A DNA stretch of 64,000 nt, from contig NC_081362.1 in NCBI RefSeq assembly GCF_030684315.1, forward strand, positions 23,696,571-23,760,570, read 5' to 3'. Positions 50,506 through 62,108 of this stretch are shown piece after piece. The translations under genes and the position numbers were made by a program. Below the pieces are notes generated by a model, which was given only the letters and a program-made list of their open reading frames with translations, did not search any database and was not told the origin of the DNA. Position 1 is the first letter of the stretch. Each line of letters opens with the position of its first letter. Source of the stretch: Stegostoma tigrinum. Taxonomy: Eukaryota.

Positions 50506-52764
50506 TGCATGTCTCTGCCGCATGCAATTCAATTAGTCCTGTGTTGCACCTGCATCACATTGACATCTGACCTTAGGTTTGCTTGGAACTGCTCCTGATT
50601 TGCCCTTCTACACTCTTCGTTGAGCCATTTCTTTGGCTTGATGGTAATGGTTCAGTGGGGGATATGGCAGGCTAATTCTGTTGCTCCTGATGTTCTACCC
50701 ACTTCATAGACACCGAATTTTGAGTTGCTAGATCTGTTTGATTCAACTCCATTTGGCACAGTGGTAGTGTCATACATAACACTGGAGGTTATGAATACTG
50801 GATTTTGTTTTAGCAATGATTTTGGATTGATCAATTCTACGAATACTGTCATGAACAGGTGCATCTGCAACATGCAGATTTATTAGAATGAGGTCAAGTA
50901 GGATTCTCCCTCTTATTGTTCTCTCCCACTTGCCACATATACAGATCATTTAGAATTCATCAGCCTGGTCAGTAGTAGTGCTACCAAGCAACTCTTGGTG
51001 ATAGACATTGAAGTCCCCTCCCCAGAATACATTCTATGGCCTCTGCCACCCTGAAGGCTTCTACCAATTTGTGCTTAACATGGAACGTTGCTGATTTATC
51101 AGCTGAGTGGGGGGAGTCAGTTGGTGTTAATTAGCAGAGGTTTCTTTGGTCATGTTTGACTTAATATCATGAGGCTGCAGAGTCAATGTTAATGATCCCT
51201 AAGGCAATTCTCTCATGGTTATGTACCAGTCTGCATGTTTCTGGGATATTGGATCCGTATGTATGACAATGTCGGGCTGTTGCTTGATGAGGCTGTGTGA
51301 CAGCTCTCCTGAGGTCCCCAGATATTAGTAAGGGTGATTTTACAGGGTCAGATTTACCTTTATTGATTCCAGTGTCTAGACAGTCCATTCCCTTGCTAAG
51401 GATTTGTCTTAGCTTGCTATCGGAGATTCTTTAAGAGTGAACCACATTGCTTGTGTCACATGTAGGCCAGACCAAGTAAGGATGACAGATATTTTCTCCA
51501 AAGAGCAATAAATGATCCAAATGGATTTTTGCACCAACGACAATGGTTTTGTGATCACCACTAGACTAGCATTTAATTCCAGATTTACTAATTACATTTA
51601 AATTCTACTGGCCACCAAGGTGGGATTCTAAACCATATCTCCAGAGAGATATGGGCTTCTTGATAATAAATCCAGTGATATTACCATTATCCCACCACTA
51701 CATCCAACACAGATCTAGAATGGATATTGTGTATGAAATCCAAACTGTTAGTCCCCTTGCTAAAGCAGGCAACTGAGATAAATCGCAACCTCCACACTAA
51801 TAACCAGCTCAAGTCATCTAATTCAGTACAGGGAGAGGATGAAGCCAATAACCTTCCTGATCTAAACCCCTATAAACTCACTAGGAAAATACCTAAGATA
51901 GTATTTAGATATAATCTGTAGTTGACAATGAAAATATTTTTCATTTAACTATAAATTTTAATAGGATATTATTTTGCAGTATATTAATTTGATTGTTGGA
52001 CTAATGTAGAGTTTTCCAAAAATGACGGTTATGTGGATTATTTTAATTGTACTTCCTTACCTCAAAAGATGAAAGACCCACGCTAAAGATCATTAACTAA
52101 AATGTTACAAAACACTTCAAAGGCAATTGTAGACTATCTTTGTGATATACAATATAAGGAGAAAGTACTAAATAAAGCATATTTGCTCTGTAGTTAAGAA
52201 CATTGTTTCCCATTTCTTTAAAGTGAATGTTGCTTCAGAAATCCTTTATTAGGCTATTCTCGTAACATTGCAAAACTATATCAACCTATTAATTAATTAA
52301 ACAGACATCACTACAAATCTATTAATTTTGTCTAAAATAATGTCACATTTTCAACAAATTATGCTTTTAATCTTAAATGATTTTTGTTATAACCTGCACT
52401 TAAAAATGGTTAATATTTCATGCTATATGACTTGCAATCTGTAGAATAAAGGCCAGGTTGCTTTTGTTCAAAGAAACAGATCACAGAAAATTGATATTGC
52501 AGTAAGATATTAATTATATCTATGTTTAAACCACAATGAATGTTTTGGGAGCTTTTGCAAGTAACCATCTAGAAGTAAGTTATACTATTGGATTAGTTGC
52601 TGGACTGATTGTATTGCAAATTAAGTTTGAGAGCAATAGAAATATAGCATGCACTTGTAACAGTAGAAGCTTATTCGCTGTGCTCTATGTGCCAAAGGTT
52701 TTAAGTAAGCTTGGATTTCCCGAGTCCATGCTGAATTACCTCAGGATACAATGGGCTTAAGAAA

Positions 52765-52880
52765 CGAGGAACAAAGAAACAGGAGTAGAAGATTCAAGTC
52801 TTCAAGGCTATACCATTATTCAATTAGATCATGCCTGATTTGTATCTGAACTCCATTACCCAGCTTCATATTACTTGATT
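52765..52880 (-). mobile_element. Old CR1 tail
   Basis: 'ggaacaaagaaacaggagtagaagattcaagtcttcaagg...caattagatcatgcctgat'. Confidence 0.55.
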
Positions 52881-53689
52881 AATCAGGAGAAAATCATTCA
52901 TGCTGGAACAATGTGTGGATGATGACCAAGTCCAGCCAAGTGAAACACAATAAAGTAGTCTGTACCATACTCAGTAACTGCAATACAACCAAAAATGAAT
53001 AATAGCTACTCGAGAGTATAATGGCTACACTCTAAAGTCAGGTCTCAATAATTGTTTCAAAATACTTCACCAGGCCTACATAAAATATAATGAATGAATA
53101 ATGAATAACATGTGAAATATAACTTCAGACCTGTAGAAAACCCATAGGTCTGAAAACCAGAATACCACACTTACAAGAAACGATATTAAATGTATATGTG
53201 AGATATCATATAGTTTATATCACAAAACACCTCAATAATTTTAAAATTCTAGATTAGATCACCCTTGAATTTTTTTGAGAACAAATTCCTAGCCTCAACA
53301 ATCTTTTTAGAATTATTTTACCTCCATTCTTATTTCATCCTTGCAACAAAATCAAGCAAAGGGACAGGAAAATTAGCAACTCAGGAAACACCGGTGGAAG
53401 ACAATTGCTGTCAATTCCTAATGCATCTTAAAAGGGAGCTGCACCATCTCTACAATTCAATCTCAAGACTTTATTTTCACTTGAATTATCATTTTCAATA
53501 CCCTCCTTCAATTTTTGGGAACATTTCACTCAAATTATCCACAATATATCCTCTTCTTTTTGGCAATTTTCTCTCCTCCCCCTTTATCCTGTCACTGTGA
53601 ATTTTGGATTGCAAGATGTTGCATCACTCAATCTAATCTCATTTTTACTACTTGCTCCACAACTCTGTACCTTAAGGAATTCAATGCAT

Positions 53690-53910
53690 ATCTAAGTAGT
53701 TTTTCTAAATGTGATGAGGATTTCTACCTCTATCCCCCTTGTAGGCAGAGTTCTAAACCCCATGAAGGAATTTCTTCTCAACTCCCTCAACTATCTGCCA
53801 AATTCTTCAAATCTATGTTCTTTCAGTCTATGGATCTCCTTGCTTAGGGAAGTTTAAATGGGAATTAAAGGCTTATCTAGATTCCTGAAGTTTTACAGAT
53901 CTCAATTAAA
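53690..53910 (-). mobile_element. Old CR1 3' fragment
   Basis: 'ttctacctctatccccttgtaggcagagttc...gaagttttacagatctcaattaaat' (reverse strand of a DLIExxK region). Confidence 0.45.
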
Positions 53911-54299
53911 TTTTCCCACAACTTGCCATTTCAGCTTCCTCATGGGATATCCAGCATCACAGATGCCAGACTTCAACCAATTTGATTTATTCAACATCAT
54001 GTCTGGTTGGGAGAGTCTCGGATATTGATTTTATGGTATAATTGTGAGTACGACTATGTCAGGCTACTTTTGATGACAGAATGATGGCTGGAGAGGACAG
54101 TAGCCGTGGCCTTCCAGTTGACTCCACTGAAGTTGCCTGAAAGCCTACCTAAAAGAGATTCTGGAGGAGAATTAAGGTCTGAAACTGCATTTTGGTACCC
54201 TCGTCTTACTCTGTTGAAACACATATATCATACTTTTCATTAGTATAGTAGGTAGAATAATATTTTGGCTTAATAGCAGTGTCTTGTTATTACAGAAAA

Positions 54300-55100
54300 A
54301 CAGCTGTAAGTTTAACACATAGTACTTAGCAATGTGGGAGAGCCAGCATCAACCTGTTGCTAAAATCTTTGGAATCCCTTCCCCTTCCAGAGAAATCTTA
54401 GATAAAATGGACATCATTCAGTGCCAGAAGTGATGGATATAGGCCTTTTCATGAATGATTATGACACACAGCAATAGATTATTTGATCAGAATATCTGTT
54501 CTTTTACAGGGCAATTTTGAAATGCCCTTGGAAGTATGTAAGGGCTTGGAGGTTAGTAGTCATTCCATTGAAAATGTGCTTCTCATAGTAACCAACAAAG
54601 ATGTTAACAAGAGCTGGGCCCAGAGGGGTTTCTTTGACATCATCATTTATTTAGGTATACATGGTGCCATTGAAGCTAAATGTAATTGCATGAATTGCTA
54701 AATTCATGAATGCGATGAATGCTGTTGGCATGCCTGGATTATCACGATATAGAGACAAAGTGCAAATGTCAATGGCTTCTTTGAGTGGCATGTTGTTGAA
54801 TAAACTAGTACTGTCAAAACAGCACATTGTATTGTTCTCAATATTTGGATCTTGCACGGTCCTTGTGAAAATGAAGGAAATCTTCACATTGTAGGTGGAA
54901 ATTTAGTTTAGAACTGTTCGTAACATTATACAGCCATTTGGTAAATTCATGTTGGGCAAAGCCAATCATAGATAAAACAGGGTGGAGAAGGATATCATTT
55001 TTGTGTGTCTTGCATAGCCATTACATGCATGGATGTAGTGAGCTGTAAGGAAAAAGATCCTATCTTACAAATCATGAGACAGATTACCACCCATATGTAA
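54300..55100 (-). mobile_element. Old Penelope/Poseidon-type RT fragment
   Basis: MCCFDSTSLFNNMPLKEAIDIC...TFSFNGTMYT*INDDVKETPLGPALVNIFVGYYE matches PLE RT motifs (FDVxSLFTNVP; GxxMGSPLGPxLANIF). Confidence 0.8.
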
Positions 55101-57225
55101 GTCCAAACAAGTCTGTTTCTTGATTCATAGTTCTGAGTGTAAGATGAAAAGTTTCAACCTCTTGTCTACTTTTAGCAATGTTTACTTTTATCAGTATTAA
55201 GAGTATTTGAATTACAGCATTTATAGTTGTTCAAAATTTACTTATATTTTAATATTTTTTCAAATACTGTCAGCATGAATATGGAGTATACTTGAGGATT
55301 ATTAACACGTTTAAGGGGTATATGGTGGGGATGTGGAGGAACATGGGTTGGATGAAGGGGTGGGATGAAGGTTTGAGGAATTGATATTCATCACTATAAC
55401 TTGAACTGATGCCCCAGTAAATCAAAGTGAGCATTCTAGCTTGCTGGCCTTGCATCTACCCAATTCTGTTGCTGTCTCATGTCTGCCTCCAAAAGGGTGT
55501 TCTGGACAGCATACCATTCCCCTCCAGGTCCAAAAATATGACAACTGGGGGACCTCTTAATGCCAATTCAGGATATTTCCATTTCAACCTTACTGCCTCT
55601 TCCACAAAACTGCCGTCTATTGGCTTCAGAATGGATGCAATGCATTGCCATCTAAAAAGCAAAACCTCATTCATGTATGTCATCTCATAATAGCACTAAA
55701 ACACATGCCTCCAGTGGTACAGCCAGATATCTTGGAGCAAACTGCCTGCCTGTACACCAGTTCAGAAGAAGAATGCTGTTGTTGTTTATCAAGAAGATGG
55801 AAAAATAAATTATGTGTCCCTAATTTGAAAACAAGAGTCATATACAGCAGTGTCAGGCATTTTCTACAAAAGACAGGTACTTGAAGTGGACTATGAAGGA
55901 TTCCCCTGATCCATCCTTCCCCTTGCCTTCAATGCTGATGCTCAGTCTACTCTGGAACTAAATAATTAGAATTGGTAATTCTGTCTCATTAATGTTAAAA
56001 ACAGAAGCTGTATCTGTTTGCTTGTATCAGAATATAACTTTGTATTCTCTCTGCGGGCGAATCACTTGTCAGAGTGATACGTAGGCATTGATTCTCAGTG
56101 TCTAATTTCAGCCAAACAGAGGCTCAAAACTTCTCTGGTCACCATTTTTCTCGCAGTGAATTAATTTTTTAACGTTAAAATCTGTTTGATTCATGATCGG
56201 GAAATATAAAATATATATTTCACAACTGCATAATAAAAATTACTGATGAAATTGACTTTTACATCTGAGCACACTCATTAACATTTTTCCTTAAGAAGCC
56301 ACAGTCTGTTTCAACATCTTCAACTTGGTGTGATATTTTCTACCAATGCTACCTTTCAATCAAGTAAGAATAGAAACTATACCTGTTTTATGTGTATTAT
56401 CGAGGACTCTTTTCAGTACATCTGTGTTCCATTTTCAATGTACAATTTTATACCCCCCAGTATCCAGGAGACTTGCGATGCTCATATATGTCCCATTTCC
56501 ACAGGAACATAACGAGCTTGAGACCTCTTTCAAACATGGCAGCTACCACTTTGTTGACACATAAATAATATTGTTTATTTCAGACCCAGAAACACGTCTA
56601 TGCTAATTTCTAACTACGTATATTTAAGGGTGTTTTTCCATTAAGAAACAAATAAAACAGATTTGAGTTGCTAATTTTGTTAATTAATTTAACATGTTAG
56701 CTTCTCTCATTAAAAATATTCATAACCAGTACTTAATCCTTTGAGAACTGATCCTTCATTACATCAAATTGTCAGAACACCTTCAAACATTCTGAAATAT
56801 GGGAGAGTGAAAACATCAGAAAAAAAAGTTGTATAAAACCATTGCAACACATTTTTGTCACTCTACACAACTCCAGTTGAAAATAATCTTCTATCAGTTT
56901 GGAAGTTCTGGCAACATAAAAGTGTCTGAACAGGATTAGGCTTGGCTTTAATGTTCTTTGAAGTTAAATAGCCTGCTGACCCTTGATTGTGTAGGATCGC
57001 GTATGATGAATAAACACTGTGCAAGACACTGGAGAGCTGCCAGTGCATCTTTAAACCATGTTTCAGTATAAATCAGTGCCTTCAAAATGAGGAAGAAAAC
57101 TTTGAAAGTATAAGGCACAAATTTACAAGTAAACTTACCAAACCCCGCTTCTATGAGGATTCACACGCAACAGATACAGTTACAACATTATGATATTAAT
57201 TTTATAACCCACATTTCCTTTGAGC

Positions 57226-58748
57226 ACATTTCCTCCGGTACATCGATGACTGTATCGGCGCCGCCTCTTGCTCCCCAGAGGAGCTCGAACAGTTCATCCA
57301 CTTCACCAACACCTTCCACCCCAACCTTCAGTTCACCTGGGCCATCTCCAGCACATCCCTCACCTTCCTGGACCTCTCAGTCTCCATCTCAGGCAACCAG
57401 CTTGTTACTGATGTCCATTTCAAGCCCACCGACTCCCACAGCTACCTAGAATACACCTCCTCCCACCCACCCTTCTGCAAAAATTCCATCCCCTATACCC
57501 AATTCCTCCGCCTCCGCCGCATCTGCTCCCACGATAAGACATTCCACTCCCCCACATCCCAGATGTCCAAGTTCTTTAAGGACCGCAACTTTCCCCCCAC
57601 AGTGATCGAGAACGCCCTTGACCGCGTCTCCCGTATTTCCCGCAACACATCCCTCACACCCCGCCCCCGCCACAACCGCCCTAAGAGGATCCCCCTCATT
57701 CTCACACACCACCCTACCAACCTCCGGATACAACGCATCATCCTCTGACACTTTCGCCATTTACAATCCGACCCCACCACCCAAGACATTTTTCCATCCC
57801 CACCCCTGTCTGCTTTCCGGACAGACTACTCTCTCCGTGACTCCCTTGTTCGCTCCACACTGCCCTCCAACCCCACCACACCCGGCACCTTCCCCTGCAA
57901 CCGCAGGAAATGCTACACTTGCCCCCACACCTCCTCCCTCACCCCTATCCCAGGCCCCAAGATGACATTCCACATTAAGCAGAGGTTCACCTGCACATCT
58001 GCCAATGTGGTATACTGCATCCACTGTACCCGGTGCGGCTTCCTCTACTTTGGGGAAACCAAGCGGAGGCTTGGGGACCGCTTTGCAGAACACCTCCGCT
58101 CAGTTCGCAACAAACAACTGCACCTCCCAGTCGCAAAACATTTCCACTCCCCCTCCCATTCTCTAGATGACATGTCCATCATGGGCCTCCTGCACTGCCA
58201 CAATGATGCCACCCGAAGGTTGCAGGAACAGCAACTCATATTCCGCCTGGGAACCCTGCAGCCATATGGTATCAATGTGGACTTCACCAGTTTCAAAATC
58301 TCCCCTTCCCCTACTGCATCCCTAAACCAGCCCAGTTCGTCCCCTCCCCCCACTGCACCACACAACCAGCCCAGCTCTTCCCCCCCACCCACTGCATCCC
58401 AAAACCAGTCCAACCTGTCTCTGCCTCCCTAACCGGTTCTTCCTCTCACACATCCCTTCCTCCCACCCCAAGCCGCACCCCCATCTACCTACTAACCTCA
58501 TCCCACCTCCTTGACCTGTCCGTCTTCCCTGGACTGACCTATCCCCTCCCTACCTCCCCACCTATACTCTCTCCACCTATCTTCTTTACTCTCCATCTTC
58601 GGTCCGCCTCCCCCTCTCTCCCTATTTATTCCAGTTCCCTCTCCCCATCCCCCTCTCTGATGAAGGGTCTAGGCCCGAAACGTCAGCTTTTGTGCTCCTG
58701 AGATGCTGCTTGGCCTGCTGTGTTCATCCAGCCTCACATTTTATTATC
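57226..58748 (+). mobile_element. Young 5'-truncated Neptune-type PLE (RT C-terminal half and GIY-YIG endonuclease)
   Basis: One frame from FLRYIDDC (YIDD at 57239) through FLDLSV, KPTDSHSYL, CNRRKCYTC and VVYCIHC...LYFGETKRRL to the stop at 58432, with a single internal TGA at 57746-57748. Perfect 12-bp TSD tttcctttgagc at 57214-57225 and 58749-58760. Confidence 0.95.
58657..58684 (+). ncRNA. Minimal hammerhead ribozyme motif (PLE-associated)
   Basis: CTGATGA-A-GGGTCTAGGCCC-GAAAC-GTC; predicted cleavage after C58684; stem I only ~2 bp. Confidence 0.72.
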
Positions 58749-59419
58749 TTTCCTTTGAGCTACATGCTGGGATTACATGATTTGTGAATTGATCTTTAAT
58801 AATCCCCAGGTATCTTTTTTTCAGTGTAAAATACAAAACAATTTACAATCTAATTACTCAATGCTCTATTACAGATTACTCTAAATGTTAGGCTAAAAAC
58901 CCAGAAAATGGAAAAGTGCCAAGATTTTGATGTGCTCTCCAGGTTAAGAAGATGAGTAATTAATCTTTTCAGTAGTTTTGAAGTTATGGAATGTCAAGCT
59001 TGTCGAGTTGGGATGGAGTGAGTTGTGTAATCTTAGGGCACTTGAGAAAATGAGGCCTTTTTTCAGGAAATAGTGGCTCTCTTTGACAAGCTCCTTTTGT
59101 CTGAGATTCAAACACAGTTCTCAGGCTCCTGCTATTGATGCTTAGATATTTCCGTTGGCAAAATGCCGTGGATTACATCACATTTCTAATTGTCAATCTT
59201 GTGGAATGCAATGTGTGACAACATCCATTAAAATGAAACCAGAAAAGGGGAAGATCTAAAGGCTAAAAGATATAGTCAAAAATTTTGTTTTTTTTCCGAG
59301 AACTAGTTAAATGGAAAGCAATTTTTAAAAAAAAATTACAGGTGACAAACCCATCTGAAACAGTTCAGTTTTAAAATTTATCTTGTTATTAGAAAATTCA
59401 CAAATCACACCATAATGCC

Positions 59420-59615
59420 TTCCCATACAACCAAAGAGCCTGTAACAATTGCTCTTTATCTGCTCCCTTCTCACCGTCACACAACATTTGGGTTTTACCT
59501 GTTGATTTACCTGTATATTTTTCAATCAAGTTTACTATTTGCTGTTCACAGTATAATCTCCTCTCTGTTGGCGAGATCAAACACAGACTGGGTGATCACT
59601 CTGCGGAAAGCCTCC
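59420..59615 (+). mobile_element. Old Neptune-type PLE GIY-YIG fragment
   Basis: 'ctctctgttggcgagatcaaacacagactgggtgatcactctgcggaa' is a degenerate LYIGETKRRLGDRFAE. Confidence 0.65.
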
Positions 59616-59699
59616 CCTTTATACACTAGAATAAGCATTATCTTCCAATTGCTTATTATATGTTGTTGTCATGTTAGCATTCTGTCCTGCTGCAATGTT

Positions 59700-60232
59700 C
59701 TCTCTGCAGTGTTCCAGTGTACTCCTGACTTGTGCCTTGTAGGTGGAGGACAGGCTTGAGGAGTCAGGAAGTGAGTTACTTGTTACAGTATTACTGGCCT
59801 CTGACCTGCTCCTGTCGCCTTGTATTTACAAGGTGAGTCCAGTTGAATTCCTGGTTAACAATAATCCCCAGGATGTTGATAATGGAGGACTCAGCAATGG
59901 TCTGTCCAGTTTCATTTGCTAGTTCAGACTTCTTGGCAACTGTTACAAATGTGTGGCTTTCTAGGTTATTACAGAGGACAGTTCAGAGATAACCACGTTG
60001 TTGTGGATCTGGAGTCACATGTAAGCTAGATCAGGTAATGATGGTAGACTTGCTTCCCAAAAGGACACAAATGAGCCAGTTTTTCTGACAATTGACAATG
60101 GTTCATAGTCATTTGAGGATTCTTAATTGCTATTTTTATTCTACCATCTACCGTGGTGGGATTCACAGAACATTAGCTCTGAGTTGCTGGATTAATACTC
60201 AAGTGATAATACCACTAGGGTGTTGCCTCCCT
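59700..60232 (-). mobile_element. Internally deleted tRNA-headed LINE (head and 5' UTR joined to RT C-terminus)
   Basis: SINE-like head 59975-60232, LINE 5' UTR to ~59903, then a jump to IAESSIINILGIIVNQEFNWT. Confidence 0.7.
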
Positions 60233-61720
60233 CATATTTGATGCAAGCTTTTTCTTGTTGTAGCACAGAATCAGAACTAACTGTGGTAGGAATAGTGATG
60301 CAATTAGTTAGATGGCAGTGAAGATACATTTGACTTCTCTGAACATTTATCTAAACGAAGAATGGGATTACAGAGATCTCGGCAAGGGATAGCATGAGTG
60401 GGCCTTCTAGCTGTATTTTCTGAATACTTGAATTAATTTCAAGTTTACCGTAGAATTCTAATTTTTTTGGGTATAACTGTATCAAAACTTTTGATCCTGT
60501 TTCACACCTCATTAAATATGGGTCACAGAGTGCCAAGAAAAGAGGCCAACCCCTTGGTCTACAGGGTGGTCGCCAGATTTCGTTGGGCTTCTCATGTGAT
60601 GCCAGGTCTTCCAATTGGCAAAGTGGCTCAAGTGGGTTCCCAGTGGTTGGTTGAAATGTCAGCTACATGTCATTGGCAAAATGACATGGTGTTTGTGTTA
60701 AATAATGGGGTCTTTTAAAAATTTCCCAACCTAGGATTCACAGTGCACCATGAGATTTCATTTAACATCTATTCCAGGAGTACTTACCTTTCCAAAATTC
60801 TCGCTTATGAAAACAAAGGGAAGAAATTGACCTGAAGATAGGAAACAGAGGGTGGTGGTGGGAGGTTACTTTTCAGAATGGAGATCTATGACTCGTGGTG
60901 TGCTGCAAGGATTGGTGCTGGGTCTGCTGCTTTTTGTCATTTATATAAATGATTTGGATGTGAATATAGGAGGTATGGCTATTAAGTTTGCAGATGACAC
61001 CAAAATTGGTGGCGCAGTGGATAGCAAAAAGGCTACTTCAGAGAACAATGGGACCTTGGTCAGATGGGCCGATGGACTGAGGAGTGACAAATGAAATTTA
61101 ATCTATATAAATATGAGGGCCTACATATTACTAGGGCAAATCAGGATAGCACTTATACACTTAACAGTAGGTCCTGGGGAATGTTGCTGAACAAAGAGAG
61201 CTTGAAGTGCAAGGTCATAGTTCTTGGAAGTGGAGTTGCAAGTCAATAGGATAGTGAAGAAGACATTTGATATATTTGCCTTTATTCGCCAGTGCATTGA
61301 GTATAGAAGTTGGAAGGTCATGGTGCAGCTATACAGGACATTGACTAGGCCACTTTTGGAATATTGCATTCAATTCTGGTCTCCCTGCTATGGGAAAGAT
61401 GTTGCGAAACTTGAAAGGGTTCAGAAAAGAATTACAAGGATGCTGCCAGGGTTTGATGGGTGGAGCTACAGTGAGAGGCTGAATATGCTGGCACTATTTT
61501 CCCTGGACTGTTGGAGGCTGGGGGGGTGACCTTATAGAGGTTTATTACATCATGACGGGCATGGATAGGGTGAATAGACAAGGTCTTCTTCCCAGGGTAG
61601 GGGAGTCCAGAACTAGAGGGTATAGGTTTAAGGTGAGAGGGGTAAGATTTAAAAGGGTCTTAAGGGGAAATTTTCACACAGAAGGTGATGTATGTATGGA
61701 ATAAACTGCCAGAGGAAGTG

Positions 61721-62108
61721 AAACAAATCCACAGAATCTCTACAGTGTGGAAAGAGGCCATTTGGCCCAACAAATCTACACACTCTTAGAAGAGCATCCC
61801 ACCCAGACTAACTCAAGCCACCCCACACTGTGCCCCCTCCCCCCCCCCCCCCCACCCCGATTCCTGTAACCCTGCATTTCCAATGGCTATCCACCTAATC
61901 CCTTGGCACTAGGGTCAATGAAGCATGGGAAATCCACCTAACTTCCACATTTTTGGACTGTGAGAGGAAACCAGAGCATCCAGAGAAAACCCATGGAGCC
62001 ATGGTGGGAATGTGCAAACTCCACACACAGTCACCCAAGGCTGGCAATGAAGCCGGGTCCCCAGTGCTGTGAGGCAGTGGTGCTAAGCAATGAGCCACCA
62101 TATTGTCC
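61721..62108 (-). mobile_element. HE1-type V-SINE
   Basis: Reverse complement 'ggtggctcattgcttagcaccactgcctcacagc...gtgtggagtttgcacatt...cagtccaaaaatgtgg' with CR1-type tail. Confidence 0.85.

Larger units (their letters stand above)
47690..51700 (-). mobile_element. Long degenerate copy of the tRNA-headed LINE, interrupted by two PLEs
   Basis: SINE-like head 51440-51700; DPVKSPLLISG / GELSHSLIKQQPDIVI at ~51260-51350; GDFNV at ~51005; RT 'ALYIKTTFDLV*HQG' (ALDIKAAFDRVWHQG-like) at ~47770-47811. Confidence 0.8.

Noticed and set aside
52915-53050. C/D-box snoRNA candidate (ATGATGA at 52919-52925)
   Set aside because: No suitably placed D box (CTGA) or terminal stem.
55270-55884. Overlapping short ORFs on both strands
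   Set aside because: No recognisable domain; at most a decayed transposon.
2299-58748. Dispersed recurrent motif 'gatgctgcttggcctgctgtgttcatccagc' as CRISPR-like repeats
   Set aside because: Irregular spacing, both orientations, eukaryotic context and no cas genes; these are PLE terminal repeats.
61833-61858. Long poly-C tract
   Set aside because: Homopolymer expansion inside a SINE; its length is also prone to sequencing error.
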